A DNA stretch of 64,000 nucleotides from contig PDIP01000022.1 of the NCBI GenBank assembly GCA_002811645.1, forward strand, positions 27,375 through 91,374, given 5' to 3'. Origin of the DNA: Corallochytrium limacisporum Hawaii (Eukaryota; Protista; Pluriformea). The notes under the pieces were generated by a model that searched no databases, was not told where the DNA came from, and saw nothing but the letters and a program-made list of their open reading frames with translations. The position numbers and the translations under genes are program-made. Below are positions 9,716-21,237 of this stretch, one piece after another. The first letter of the stretch is position 1; every line of letters begins with the position of its first letter.

Positions 9716-12235
9716 TCAATCAAAGGAAATGAGTTCAGCCTCCTGTGGCACTGGTGCCTGCTGCTGCGGCGTCTGGGGTTCAGACGGTGGCGCCGCGGCA
9801 GGAGCTCCCGGCGGATGGTAGGCGGGCGGTTGGTATGCCGGTGCTGCAGGTGCTGCGGGTGTTGCCGCCGGAGCCGCAGGAGCAGGTGCGGGAGCGGCCG
9901 TGCTCGGCACCGGTGCCGGAGCTGCAGCCGGAGCTGGGGTGGGCACTGACTGGGGCTGGGCAGGGGGCGGCGCCATTTGTCCGTAGGAGCCCTGGCTCTG
10001 TGGCTGGGACTGTGGCTGTGGTGACTGAACGGTCGACTGGTAGGCCTGCGGTGGCTGTTGCTGCGCTTGGGCCGCAGGCGGTTGCTGCGGATGTCCCTGG
10101 GAATCCGGTTGGGACTGAGGGGCCTGCGGTTGTGACGGTGGCACGTAGCCTTGCGTTGTGGTCTGTTGCTGTGGGGGCTGCGATTGTTGCTGTGGAGGTG
10201 GCATCTGTCCCTGGTTATTCTGCTGCGGTGCAACATAGGCCTGAGCCTGAGCTTGAGGCTGCTGCTGTTGTCCTTGTCCTGGCGGCTGTTGTCCATACTG
10301 TGGTTGTCCCTGTCCGTGAACCTGTCCCGCGGCCTGCTGGGGCGGTGGCTGTTGTGGCTGCTGCGGCTGGTACGGTCCCTGCGGTGGTACAGTGTAGCCA
10401 CCTGCTTGGGATCCCGGAGCGTATTGGTTCGGAGTTGTTGTCGGCGCTGGTGAGGCGTAGTATCCGCCCTGCTGCGGCTGTCCCTGTCCGGGCTGATAAT
10501 AGCCGCCGCCAACGCTGGAGGCTTGACTGCTCTGGCCCGGGCTCGGGACCGAATGTGGGGGTGGGGTGGGGTGGTTAAACGCTGTGGGAGCGACACCGTA
10601 CGGTGCGGCACCTCCCGGCCCTGCAGCGTAACGACCGTGCGTTTGGTGCATGAATGCCTGCCGATCTTCGTCCATCTGCCGCATCTGTTTCAACCGTTCC
10701 TCGAGCTGCATGCGACGCATGAGTTCTTGTTCCTTCTCCTGCTCCCGGAGCCAAAGTTCGTGCTCCCTTCTGGAGCGGGCCAGATTGGCGCGCATGTCTG
10801 TCAATTTCTCAAGCTTGTCATTCACTTCAAGCTTGCGACGCATCTGATCCTCCAGGTCTCCGATCCGCTTCAGAAGCTGGGGATGCATCACACTTGTGGT
10901 GTGGAAAAGAGATTGAATATACGAGTCATTCTGAATAGGACGGCCCGACTTCGCTGCCAGCAGAACGCGCTCTTCGAACATGGAAACGTTGGATTTGATG
11001 GTTCCAATGAATTCGTCCGCCTCCTCGGACTGGTGCGCGGCTCCTGATCCTATTTTAGTTACGTCGTTGGCATTAGTCGCTGTTTGCCTCGGGGCTACTG
11101 CAGGGGCTGTGGCTGTCTCTGTCTTGGATGATGGCTTCGCAGGCTTTGCGGGTGGTTCAGGTTCTCCCTTAGCTTTGCCTTCCCAATAGTTCCGGTCCAA
11201 GTACTTGGCCAGGGCCGGGTCATCATATAGGGGTCCCTCCGCGTCGCTGTCGTTGTCCTCGGTCGCTTCGTCGTCGTCTTCTGATCCTGCACGGTTATCG
11301 TCATCACTGTCGTCATCACTGTCCTGGTCTTCGTCGCTGTCTGCGGGGGGTGCCTGCTTGGATTTCGTGGTCGTCGCAGTGGCTGTTCCAGCGCCACTCG
11401 ACCCTCCGAAAGAGTACTGGTCCAACAGTCGCTGTCTCCGCTCCTCTTCTTCGCGCTGCTGAACAAGGCTCAGAGCAATGGCCTGGTCAATGGCTTCCTT
11501 TTCCTTCGCGTCTGCTGCAGCCTTCTCACGCTTGGCTTTGAGTTCTTCGTCCTTCTTCTGCTGCTTCCGATCAATGCCGCGGACGAGATCGCTATGGCAT
11601 TGGTCACAGACCCTCACTTTATCATTGTAGCCGTACTTGGGAATGGCATGGTTCTTGCTGCTGCATGACTGACAGAAGATCTGACCACAGTTTCGGCAGT
11701 GGTGCTTACGGTTGATCATGGTGAAAGCACTGCGACAGTTGTAACACTTGACGTCGTCTACCCAAGCGGGCGGACCATCCGTGCTAAACATGATAGCCGA
11801 TTCGTCCACAGACGGGAATTTGTAGCCTTCCGCTGTCAGTTCAGGCACTGCCTTGACCAAATTTTCAAACCCATTCTCATCTTTGAATGCTACGCTAAAT
11901 GACTTTAGCAACTCCAGCACCCGATCCCGAACCAACGCGTTCCTACGTACCAATAACTTTAGTTCGTCGACAAACTCTTCCTTGGCCAGCTCCCGGTTGA
12001 ACAGTCCTCCACAGTTCTTGGCACAGTACTCCAATACTGTCAGAGTCAAAAGCACAACGTTCGGGTCCGGGACTTGCAGCCGCTCTTTGATGGCCCGCAC
12101 GGCGGCTGCAGGCTGCACATGGTCGCCTCTGATCTGGTCACAAATCTCTAGGTTCAATGCCAGGTCAGACTCCACGAGCGTATCGCTGGTGGCCTTTTCC
12201 AGCAACCCGGCAAAGTTTCCGCCCCATATAGACAT
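9716..12235 (-). CDS. HGS: ESCRT-0 subunit Hrs/Vps27 (VHS-FYVE-UIM-helical domain, P/Q-rich tail), 839 aa
   Basis: VHS (LEKATSD, LEICDQI, KNCG); FYVE WVDD..RKHHCRNCG..RVC; UIM IDQAIALSL; DPALAKYLDRNYWE; C-terminal clathrin box LISFD. Confidence 0.96.
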   Translation of the reverse strand: MSIWGGNFAGLLEKATSDTLVESDLALNLEICDQIRGDHVQPAAAVRAIKERLQVPDPNVVLLTLTVLEYCAKNCGGLFNRELAKEEFVDELKLLVRRNALVRDRVLELLKSFSVAFKDENGFENLVKAVPELTAEGYKFPSVDESAIMFSTDGPPAWVDDVKCYNCRSAFTMINRKHHCRNCGQIFCQSCSSKNHAIPKYGYNDKVRVCDQCHSDLVRGIDRKQQKKDEELKAKREKAAADAKEKEAIDQAIALSLVQQREEEERRQRLLDQYSFGGSSGAGTATATTTKSKQAPPADSDEDQDSDDDSDDDNRAGSEDDDEATEDNDSDAEGPLYDDPALAKYLDRNYWEGKAKGEPEPPAKPAKPSSKTETATAPAVAPRQTATNANDVTKIGSGAAHQSEEADEFIGTIKSNVSMFEERVLLAAKSGRPIQNDSYIQSLFHTTSVMHPQLLKRIGDLEDQMRRKLEVNDKLEKLTDMRANLARSRREHELWLREQEKEQELMRRMQLEERLKQMRQMDEDRQAFMHQTHGRYAAGPGGAAPYGVAPTAFNHPTPPPHSVPSPGQSSQASSVGGGYYQPGQGQPQQGGYYASPAPTTTPNQYAPGSQAGGYTVPPQGPYQPQQPQQPPPQQAAGQVHGQGQPQYGQQPPGQGQQQQPQAQAQAYVAPQQNNQGQMPPPQQQSQPPQQQTTTQGYVPPSQPQAPQSQPDSQGHPQQPPAAQAQQQPPQAYQSTVQSPQPQSQPQSQGSYGQMAPPPAQPQSVPTPAPAAAPAPVPSTAAPAPAPAAPAATPAAPAAPAYQPPAYHPPGAPAAAPPSEPQTPQQQAPVPQEAELISFD

Positions 12236-12595
12236 GATGCTGGGTGACGAAAACTATGTCTTGATCTATCTGCACTTTGTGTTGTTATGGTTTTGTTGTT
12301 GATCCAAGATTTTGTTCGAGGTTCCCTCTAGGGCCTGATTTACCTTTGTTGCAGGTTCATTCTCGAAATGCTGTTTATGATACCGATTCATAGCCACAAG
12401 TGTTGTACAAGCCTCGCCTATGTGAGTAGTATAAACTGTAAATGTCATGGTGAAGAACGATGATCTGTCGGACCATCAATGATCATGAAATCGATGAACG
12501 GACGCGGTTTTCCGGCCGGTGGTGGTCGAGAACAAAAAGCAAAGGAAATTGTGCCCCGGGGGAGGGGAGGAGGGGAGACGGACAGAGGGAGGGGG

Positions 12596-12914
12596 NNNNN
12601 NNNNNNNNNNNNNNNNNNNNNNNNNNNNNNNNNNNNNNNNNNNNNNNNNNNNNNNNNNNNNNNNNNNNNNNNNNNNNNNNNNNNNNNNNNNNNNNNNNNN
12701 NNNNNNNNNNNNNNNNNNNNNNNNNNNNNNNNNNNNNNNNNNNNNNNNNNNNNNNNNNNNNNNNNNNNNNNNNNNNNNNNNNNNNNNNNNNNNNNNNNNN
12801 NNNNNNNNNNNNNNNNNNNNNNNNNNNNNNNNNNNNNNNNNNNNNNNNNNNNNNNNNNNNNNNNNNNNNNNNNNNNNNNNNNNNNNNNNNNNNNNNNNNN
12901 NNNNNNNNNNNNNN
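12596..12914. other. Assembly gap (others: 13167-13211, 15991-16033, 18151-18386, 22486-22539, 31853-31909, 48963-49162)
   Basis: N runs, mostly flanked by G/C homopolymers or microsatellites. Confidence 1.
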
Positions 12915-14100
12915 AGGGGGCCAGAGGGGGGGGAGGTTGTCGGGACCCTCCCTTGAATTTTTTGCCCCCCATTGCGCGAATATCATCCATCAGCCAGACT
13001 GTATTCCCCCTCCCCGACGAATTCTTGGTCATAGTTAAACTACCGATGCGGTGTGACTGGTAGGTTTTGTCTTTGGGCGCTTGCCGGTGGCGGTTGCAGG
13101 GAGAAATTGCGGCCAAGAAGGGGACGGGGGGAGAGGGAAACGGAACCGACCCCCGGGGGGGGGGGGNNNNNNNNNNNNNNNNNNNNNNNNNNNNNNNNNN
13201 NNNNNNNNNNNCCCCCCCCCGGGGGGGGGGGGGGACTCACCTCTTCACCAGGGAGCATTAGCCACTGTCCCCGGGGCCTCGTTATTAAATATACTTATAA
13301 TTTGCATATTTAAAATAGCACGGTAGTGACTGAACACTTTGGATGTCTGAATACATTTAATATAGTGTTTACAGCCTTTGATACTATATACTTATATTTG
13401 GTATCTCTAAACTGGCGACGGAGGAGACCCTCTGCAGGTTTCATATGGGATTCGGGATCCTTTCGCTTTTAACATACCGGAATCTGCTAAATAGACGCGG
13501 ACTGGGTTCGCAATCAGCAGAACCTCTGCAAAACACAAAGTTGGGCGGGAGCTGGCCAAAGTCGTCACGGGTCTCTCGAGTACATCCGATGCGATCGATC
13601 CTCCGGGCAGTCGTGGACCTCGACGAGGAGAACAGCAAAGGATCCATCAACTGACAGTGCCAAACAAAGAACAACTACACAAACGATCTCATCAGACTTG
13701 ACTTGTAATCCCATGGAAACTTGAATGCTTTAATCGATGTATCTTCTTACGTTGCCGAGAGGCGGGAGGTGCGCAATGAGCATTGAATTAACATCAACGC
13801 AAACGGCCATGTCCCTGCTTCGGGCCTGCATGCCAACCAGTGCTTCACTTGCTTCAGCTTGCCTTTCTTCAATACCAACGCTAGGACACGACACTTAGCG
13901 AACTTCCCGTTGTACCCATTGCCATTCCTCAGAACAATGGCGTCGTCATCTCTTGGGCCGTATCTCTGATGTGATTGGTACCGCGGCCAGGATTTCGTGC
14001 ATTCAGCATGCCACCTATACACTGATCTTGCTGCCATCCAGGACATGGACTTGCTTTTGGTTTTAGTGCTTCAGTTTTTCATACGAGGTCCTGTGTCCCT

Positions 14101-14922
14101 TCATGCAAAGTCGTAGCTGCCAAAGGTACGGTTAGAGACCTGTTGCAGCTCCAGGGACTGGAACCATTCACTGTTCTGGTGGTAGTAGTAACCCATGATG
14201 TGCCCTGTTGACCGCTGGACGCAAATGTAGTAGAAGCCGGCAAAGCTGGCACCGGCAATGCTGCGAATGTGGTGGTCGGGTACCAAAAAGTGCTCCTTCC
14301 AGCGCATGAAGATATAGTCGGCATTCATGCTATCGTATGCAAAGGTATCGTCGTTGAAGCAATGTTCAAATGGTGCAAAAGCGGGGAATTTGCTCCAATG
14401 CTGGCGATCGACTGCTTCGTCTGCGTCCCACTTGCGCGTCAGGAAGGAGTGCTTCGGCCCAATAATCTCAGCTTCAAAGAAGGTCGTGAGCTGCGGGTAG
14501 TCCTCAGTGAGGCCCTTGATGTGTAGGTAGCCACACATAAAGGACGTCTCAAGATCCATAGACTTGATTTCTACCTCTACGCCGTAGCTGTTGCGGCCAC
14601 TGCGCTGTTCGCCGCGGAACCTGGCCCCCGAGTAGATTGTATTGCATGAGCTCGTGAGTCCCCGCGTCTTAAAGACTGCCCGACGCTTCGCCTCCGGACT
14701 GGCCTCGCCTCGAAGCTGATTCTGGACCGGCTCATCGCTCTTGAGGTGAGCATCCTTGGAGGCTCCGTCGAGGAGGGTGGAAGCTGGTGCGAATTTGGGG
14801 AAGCCCTCCGCGGATACAAGACGCCCGCTTGCGGGTCCACGGTTGAGGAATTCGTACTGTGTCTGTCCAATCATTGTTTGCACTCCGGTGAAGTTTGTGA
14901 GTGGTTTCGAGAGGTCACGCAT
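14101..14922 (-). CDS. GID4: GID/CTLH E3 ligase Pro/N-degron receptor GID4 (Vid24), ~273 aa; start uncertain
   Basis: [92 protein letters not shown]. Confidence 0.95.
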   Translation of the reverse strand: MRDLSKPLTNFTGVQTMIGQTQYEFLNRGPASGRLVSAEGFPKFAPASTLLDGASKDAHLKSDEPVQNQLRGEASPEAKRRAVFKTRGLTSSCNTIYSGARFRGEQRSGRNSYGVEVEIKSMDLETSFMCGYLHIKGLTEDYPQLTTFFEAEIIGPKHSFLTRKWDADEAVDRQHWSKFPAFAPFEHCFNDDTFAYDSMNADYIFMRWKEHFLVPDHHIRSIAGASFAGFYYICVQRSTGHIMGYYYHQNSEWFQSLELQQVSNRTFGSYDFA

Positions 14923-15453
14923 CCCGTGCTGACCGACCCCTTTTTAAGATTTTGTTCTAAGCGAACTTTAGCAAGTGCAAGCAGTCTGAAACGGATTGCA
15001 CACACTCTGTTCGCCGGAAGGTTTCTTCCTCCTCTGTCGGCTTTGTTTACCTATCAAATTCTTTATCAACTACTTAGTCACACTTAGTCACACAGATACC
15101 AGTCGCTTTCTTTCACACCCGAAATAGTCCCTCGGAGGTGTGTATATTCACATATTGACGTACTACGCCTGTAACCCATGTTGGATCGATGCCGTGACTG
15201 AAGTACCAAAGTAAGCAGTAGGGGACCTGCAACGCTTGTCGGATGCAAAAACCATTGAGGTACTAAGCAGACCACAAACGGCAATATGCACGTGTCAGCA
15301 GAAAGAAACTCTCAAAGACACTGGAGAGGCCCGAGTCGTTGCACGGTGGGAAGAGCAATTGCTCGCTCCAACGCACAGTCCTTCCGGTGCGTACTGCCAG
15401 CAGCGCCAGCGGATAAAAAAGACACGGGCGGGTCCCGCAGGCCCCGCTTCCTC

Positions 15454-15459
<6 letters not shown>

Positions 15460-15516
<57 letters not shown>
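15460..15516. repeat. (CT)n microsatellite, followed by a (GCT)n run at ~15588-15609
   Basis: Seen directly. Confidence 0.95.
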
Positions 15517-15519
<3 letters not shown>

Positions 15520-18500
15520 CTCTCCCCCTTCCTCACACACACACACTCTCTCTCTCCCTCACTCTCTACCGGGAGAGAAAGAGTTTTTGCTGCTGCTGCT
15601 GCTGCTGCTCCTGATCCGCCCCACACACACCCACCGCAGAGACTGACACTGCTTCTTCCGGTGTTTTCCCTGCCCCCCCCCAGGCTTTTTGTGCTTCGGG
15701 CGCAGTACTGACTGTACCACCACCGTCCGCAAACCCTCGGAACGAGAGAGAAAACCACGACGGCGGCGGGGGAGGGAGGGGGGGTAAAGGGTAATCTCCC
15801 CCCCCCCATCCGCCCAATTTTTTTTCTTCATTTCCCTCTCTTTTCGCAGCCCTTTCAGGCCTTTAACTTCTTTTTCTTTTTGCCTCCGCCGGCCCCCCCT
15901 TCCCCGCCGTCCTCTCTCCGGGGCTCTCCCGGAGAAGGGAAAGGGGAGACTCTGTTCATTTTTTTGGCTCCCCCCCCCCCGGGGCCTGGGNNNNNNNNNN
16001 NNNNNNNNNNNNNNNNNNNNNNNNNNNNNNNNNTGCCTCCGCCGGCCCCCCCTTCCCCGCCGTCCTCTCTACGGGGCTCTCCCGGAGAAGGGAAAGGGGA
16101 GACTCTGTTCATTTTTTTGGCTCCCCCCCCCCCGGGGCCCGGGGGGGGGGGGGTGTGGCCTTCCCCACCAACCCTGCGCCCTCGGCCATTGGCCCCTTTC
16201 CCAAAGGAGCACGGCAGCGATGACGAACGAAAGAGGACCTCTTTTTTTTTTCCTTTTCGCTTTTCTTTCTTTCTAACCATTGGGTTTTAACCCCCCCTTC
16301 TCTCTCTCTCTCTCGCTCTTTCTCTTCTTTCTTTTTTCTTCGTTTGTTTCCATTGAAACAATTTCTTAGTTGGGACGGCTTTTTTTTTCCCTTCCGGCCA
16401 CGGGTTCGATTTCGAAGGCACGCACTGGGTCATATCCCCCGTGGTCTTCGTCGTCGTCGTCGTCGTCGTCTTTTGATGTCGGGGATACCTGTGTTGCGCC
16501 ACGAAGAAAAAACTTTCCTTTCCCGTGTCACCCCGTGAAGGAGAAGGAGAAGGATAAAGTACACACCGACGCCAGCGCATGGGTATGAGGCACGGCCATC
16601 TCCCGTGCCGAAAATCCGGAGCAAGGAGCAACCACGACGACGCACGAACGAACGAATGAAAACACGGGGAGATCAGAAAGAGTGACAGAGTCACGAAGAT
16701 GTGAGGATGTGGGACGGGTGGTGGTGTGTATATGTGTATTACATGTGACTCTGACTCTTTCTCTCTCTCTCTCTCACTAAACACCGGGCTTTTTGAATAG
16801 CCGACCGCGAGCACGAGTAGACCGAGGAGTGTGATCTACCCGTGCCGCGGGGAACGGGAGAGGAAGGAAGTGCGGAGACAAGGAACAGGGGACTGAGCGA
16901 CGGAGATCAGGCCTGACACTCCCTACGAAATCCAATAGGCCACACACGCACACACACAAACACACACAGGCACACGCACGCAGACGTGGAGAGAGAGGGA
17001 GTGAGTGAGTGAGAGTGAGAGATCGTCCGTCAGACACCCGTCGAAATTCTCGTGCGTTGGACGATCGGCGTTGCAGTAATGGGCCAGGCATGGTCCGATG
17101 AAGGGACCGCACCAATACCTATACAACTTAATAACAATAAGATTATTCTCAAAAACTATATAGTTACTTTTATATATAAAACTCGGGCACACCAAACAAA
17201 GAAACGTATCCCATACCACACACTTACCAACATCTTGAAAAGTTCGCAGAGACATCGAGAAAGACCCGCCGGGGAGGGAGGGGGTCCGGACGAAAGGAGA
17301 GTTCGCTCTGTTTCTCTCCCTCTCTCTCTCCCTCTCTCTGTGCTGTCCGCCGGGGGACCCCCTCCCTCCCCGGCTCCCCTTCTTTCTCTGCCCTTCGCTT
17401 TCTTTTTATCTCTGTGGAGAGCAAGAGGGAAAAAAAATGGAAAATGAAAATTTTCAGATTCTTTCCCCCTTGCCCCCTGGGGGGGCCGGAGGAAGCTCGT
17501 CACCCCTCCCCTCGGACCTACTCCCCACTCGCAACCCTGGCTTCGTCTCAGGCCGGTTGGTCAGTACTTAAAGTACCTATTTTTTTGCGCTCTGCGCGAC
17601 CGGAATGGGGGCCTCTTTACGGAGCTGGGTCCGGCGGATAGTTTCATTTTCTTTCTGTCCTCCCCACCCCGCTTTTCCCCGGGATGGGCGCGCGGTAGTG
17701 GAGGAAGGGAGGCGGGGAGAACCACCTGCAAAATTTGCTTTCAATTTTTTTTCCTTCTCCCCCTTTGGACGTCCGCCGGGTGGAAAAAGGGACCGAAGCC
17801 GGTGCTTTTTCAGGAGATGTCCCCACACAAAAAAAAAAAGAAAAAAGGACAAAAACCCCCCTTCCCCCACCACCAACCCGTGCCGCGCGCAACCTCCTGG
17901 GAAGCGACCCGGGTGGAAAACAAGTGGTACATTTCCTGCTGTTCACGGGAGGCTAGGGGGTAGACAAGCCGGCCCCCTTCCGCAGGGGGGGGGGAAAGAA
18001 GAGAGGAGAGAGAGAGAGAGAGAGGAGGAGGGGGACTCTGTGTGTGTGTGTGTATAGTCCCAACGACGGTTGCTGACAGGGGGTGAAGGGTTGGTCATTT
18101 GTGGGGGGGGGGGGAGGGCGAGTGGGGGTTTGGGGGATCCGGGGGTTTTTNNNNNNNNNNNNNNNNNNNNNNNNNNNNNNNNNNNNNNNNNNNNNNNNNN
18201 NNNNNNNNNNNNNNNNNNNNNNNNNNNNNNNNNNNNNNNNNNNNNNNNNNNNNNNNNNNNNNNNNNNNNNNNNNNNNNNNNNNNNNNNNNNNNNNNNNNN
18301 NNNNNNNNNNNNNNNNNNNNNNNNNNNNNNNNNNNNNNNNNNNNNNNNNNNNNNNNNNNNNNNNNNNNNNNNNNNNNNNNNNNNNNGGGGGGGGTGGGCG
18401 AGTGGTGGTTTGGTGGATCCGGGGGTTTTTAGTTTCCCGTGCACCACCACCCGGATGATCGCGCTCATGCAAGGGTTCACGATGTTCCATTTTCCATTAT

Positions 18501-20856
18501 TGTGTACTCGGAAATGGGAAATTAAAGAGTTCTCTCCTTTGGTAGATCACTTCATATCGGGGCCGACGTGCACAATGGGTTTGCCGTCTTTTCAGCGGGC
18601 GTGCCCGCTGAGGATGGGCCAATTCGTGACGTGTCTACGAATTGTGGATTTCAAGAACCAACAACACATTACTGTATCAGGAACATATCTCCACTCTCGC
18701 AGTATACAGTACACACAGCACCAAGTTGAACTGCAGATGTCGTCATTTCGGTTGACCTCAGAGGGCAAAATCTTTCTACCAGCCGGTCACTAAAACCCTC
18801 GGCACCAGCAGATCTGCATATTCACTGCAGCCGTTCGGGACACGAGGTGGATGTGGAACGTTTCCTTGTCTTCGGGGACCGTATTGCTGCTCCCAACTAG
18901 TGTACAGTTAAACACTGACAGGACAAGCTCTGATGGAACGATGAACTGGTTCTGTTCCACGATTGGGTGCCGTACAAATATGTCTCCCTTGATCCCGTTT
19001 TGTCTGAATATGTTTTGGACTGTCTTTTTAACGACTGCGCACGTCTCGTCAAGCAAGCGATGCTAGAACAACTGGTCCGAAACTGGGTATCGAGTAATAT
19101 CTGTTCTTGGACCAAAAACCTAAACTCTTGGGTGTTGCCGTCAATTATTCGGAGCCATTGACGGCCATGAGGTGGTTGCGCTACGGGCGCCTCGTCGATC
19201 AGGTCATATCTGCATTTCGTGACGCTGGGTGGAGAACCCAACCGGCACTGATCGTATATCTCGGCTTTGGACACTTTTGGTCCAGGCCTGTGTGCCCATG
19301 TGTGGGTGTGCGGGTGTGAGTGAGTGAGGGATCCACATCAGGAAGCCAGGTGTGTCAGCAATAGATGTATTTCGCAGGTTCCCTTTAGAATATTAGCGAC
19401 GGATACCAAAGACTGGGGACACTCCCGTCTACCGACAGTAGCGGCACTCGAACGGGCGGGTGCCAGCCGGGTTGCCCACGCCAAAAAAAGACCGGAAAAA
19501 AAAAGGGGGGGGGTCCGCCTCGCTCTCCAAGGGTCGATTCGCCAAAGGGGACCTCGCTGCTCGTTTGAAATCCCGGCATTAGGCAGGATACACATCCCCT
19601 GCTCACGCACAACGGGGGAAGCCCAGGTCAGCAGTACACGGTTCCGATGCCATCCTACACACTCACTCCAAGGATCATCGCCGCCATCGTTCAAACATCG
19701 TATACCGGAATGCGAGTCCCACTAGAAGTTTGCGTACTGAATGGGTTCAGCATGGTGGATCACTGCAAGGTCCATGGGATCCTCCAGGGACTCCTATCCG
19801 GATCATCCGCAGCGCGAGAGGCTGCAGTGCACTCTGTGCTTCTGATGGATGATTCAGTGACTGGAGGACGATCTGCTTCTTCTCTGGACAGTTCACATAT
19901 TTCCTCCGTTTCTTATCAGCATGCTGATGGTTGAATCTACGATGCGGATCTGGCCACAGAATTGAAGGTGGTCATTGTATTGTGTTCCAGTACGCAGGCC
20001 CGAACCGCTTCTACCGCATGGGCCTCCCCATCCTAACCGCGATTGATTACGTGCGTTCGACAGCTTTGATTGAAGGGATGCTTTTGCACACTAGCTCACG
20101 TACATCCAGCGATTCATACAATACATCGACAACGAACAAAACTGCCGTTGGCATTCCATCGGTGTGGTGCATGGTTGGTACTACCACTGTAACCCACTCC
20201 TGTGCCCCATCCCTCATGCTCCCCCCTCTCATCCCATCCCTCCCGGTTGCTTAGGCTGGTTTCCAAGACAGTATGGGAGAAGAGACAGGAGCCAAGAAAA
20301 GAACGGTACCGAGGACAGCCTTCCCTCCCTTTCCCCGATATAGCGGCAGTACGGGAGAATACCCCCCCCCCCACCTCTTCTCTCTGTGCAGGAGCTCGGG
20401 CTGTGTGTGCACTGGCCCTACTATTTAAATATACGGGAATATAAACATTGCCATCTGCCCGGGGGTCTTGGGCGTTGAAGAGGGGGGAGGGGCAAAAGGG
20501 AGGGTGACCGGGTTTGGCGCCCTGTGGCTTTTTCGCAGCGATGGGCGAACCGAAGATCTCAGGTTCGGGTCTCGGCAGTTCTGAAAATGAGAGGACGTTG
20601 TTCCACTCCCGGGCTCTTTATGTTAACACTGTTCATCTTGTGTTCATCGTAGCGGTTCTTACGGCTTTAACTTGGATAATCATGTCTGCGTGAATGGGAT
20701 AGTGCGCGGGTGAGCACAGATCAGCACAGCAGGATGTATCGGGGACCTTGATCTCTGCTGTGCATTTGACAGAAAAGGAACAGGGACAGTGCTATATCGC
20801 TTTAAATGTGAATCAGCAGCAAGTCATGAGCTTTCAACAGCGAAGACAGCTGGTAG

Positions 20857-21237
20857 ATGCTCTTCGCCCAAGAAGAGGAACGCATGCTCATGCTGGACGA
20901 ACGGTTGCGCAAAGTCAGGGCGAAGACGGCGCTGGAACAGAACCGACTGAGGCAGGATCAGGACGATGACCTCCCTTTGGACGGACCTGCAGGACAGCAA
21001 GCTATCGCTGGTGAGGCGGCCCGCGGGGACAGCATGACGCGGGCCATTTCCGGCGGCGGCGGCCGGTCAATGTCTCCGCGCAGACGGCACGGGGTTGGAG
21101 CCGCGGTCATTAGCGGCAGTGCGAGACCCCGGGGCCACAATGATGAGAACGAGGAAGAGGAGGAGGACTTTAGCACCGACGAGAATGATGAAGACGGGAA
21201 TGATGTGGATCCCCAAGGGGATGATGATCTAAACTAA
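20857..21237 (+). CDS. Hypothetical small protein, 126 aa: charged N-terminal helix and acidic C-terminal tail
   Basis: ATG-initiated ORF with protein-like composition (EEERMLMLDERLRKVRAK; ENEEEEEDFSTDENDEDG) amid low-complexity non-coding DNA; no family recognised. Confidence 0.55.
   Translation: MLFAQEEERMLMLDERLRKVRAKTALEQNRLRQDQDDDLPLDGPAGQQAIAGEAARGDSMTRAISGGGGRSMSPRRRHGVGAAVISGSARPRGHNDENEEEEEDFSTDENDEDGNDVDPQGDDDLN

Noticed and set aside
13445-14046. Small ORFs 13445-13654 (+) and 13747-14046 (-)
   Set aside because: No recognisable motif; the latter is probably GID4 3'UTR; not supportable without expression data
15881-16140. ~107-bp direct repeat flanking an N-gap (likewise around 18151-18386, 22486-22539, 31853-31909)
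   Set aside because: Copies lie on either side of gaps and differ by few substitutions, often T/G near G-runs; typical of unmerged contig overlaps, not LTRs or true duplications
16385-16420. tRNA T-loop-like GGGTTCGATT
   Set aside because: No cloverleaf stems can be built; no tRNA, rRNA or snRNA recognised anywhere by eye
15236-18057. Many 60-170 aa ORFs rich in ER, SL, CV, P or G repeats (also in 29-37 kb)
   Set aside because: Translations of microsatellites and homopolymer runs
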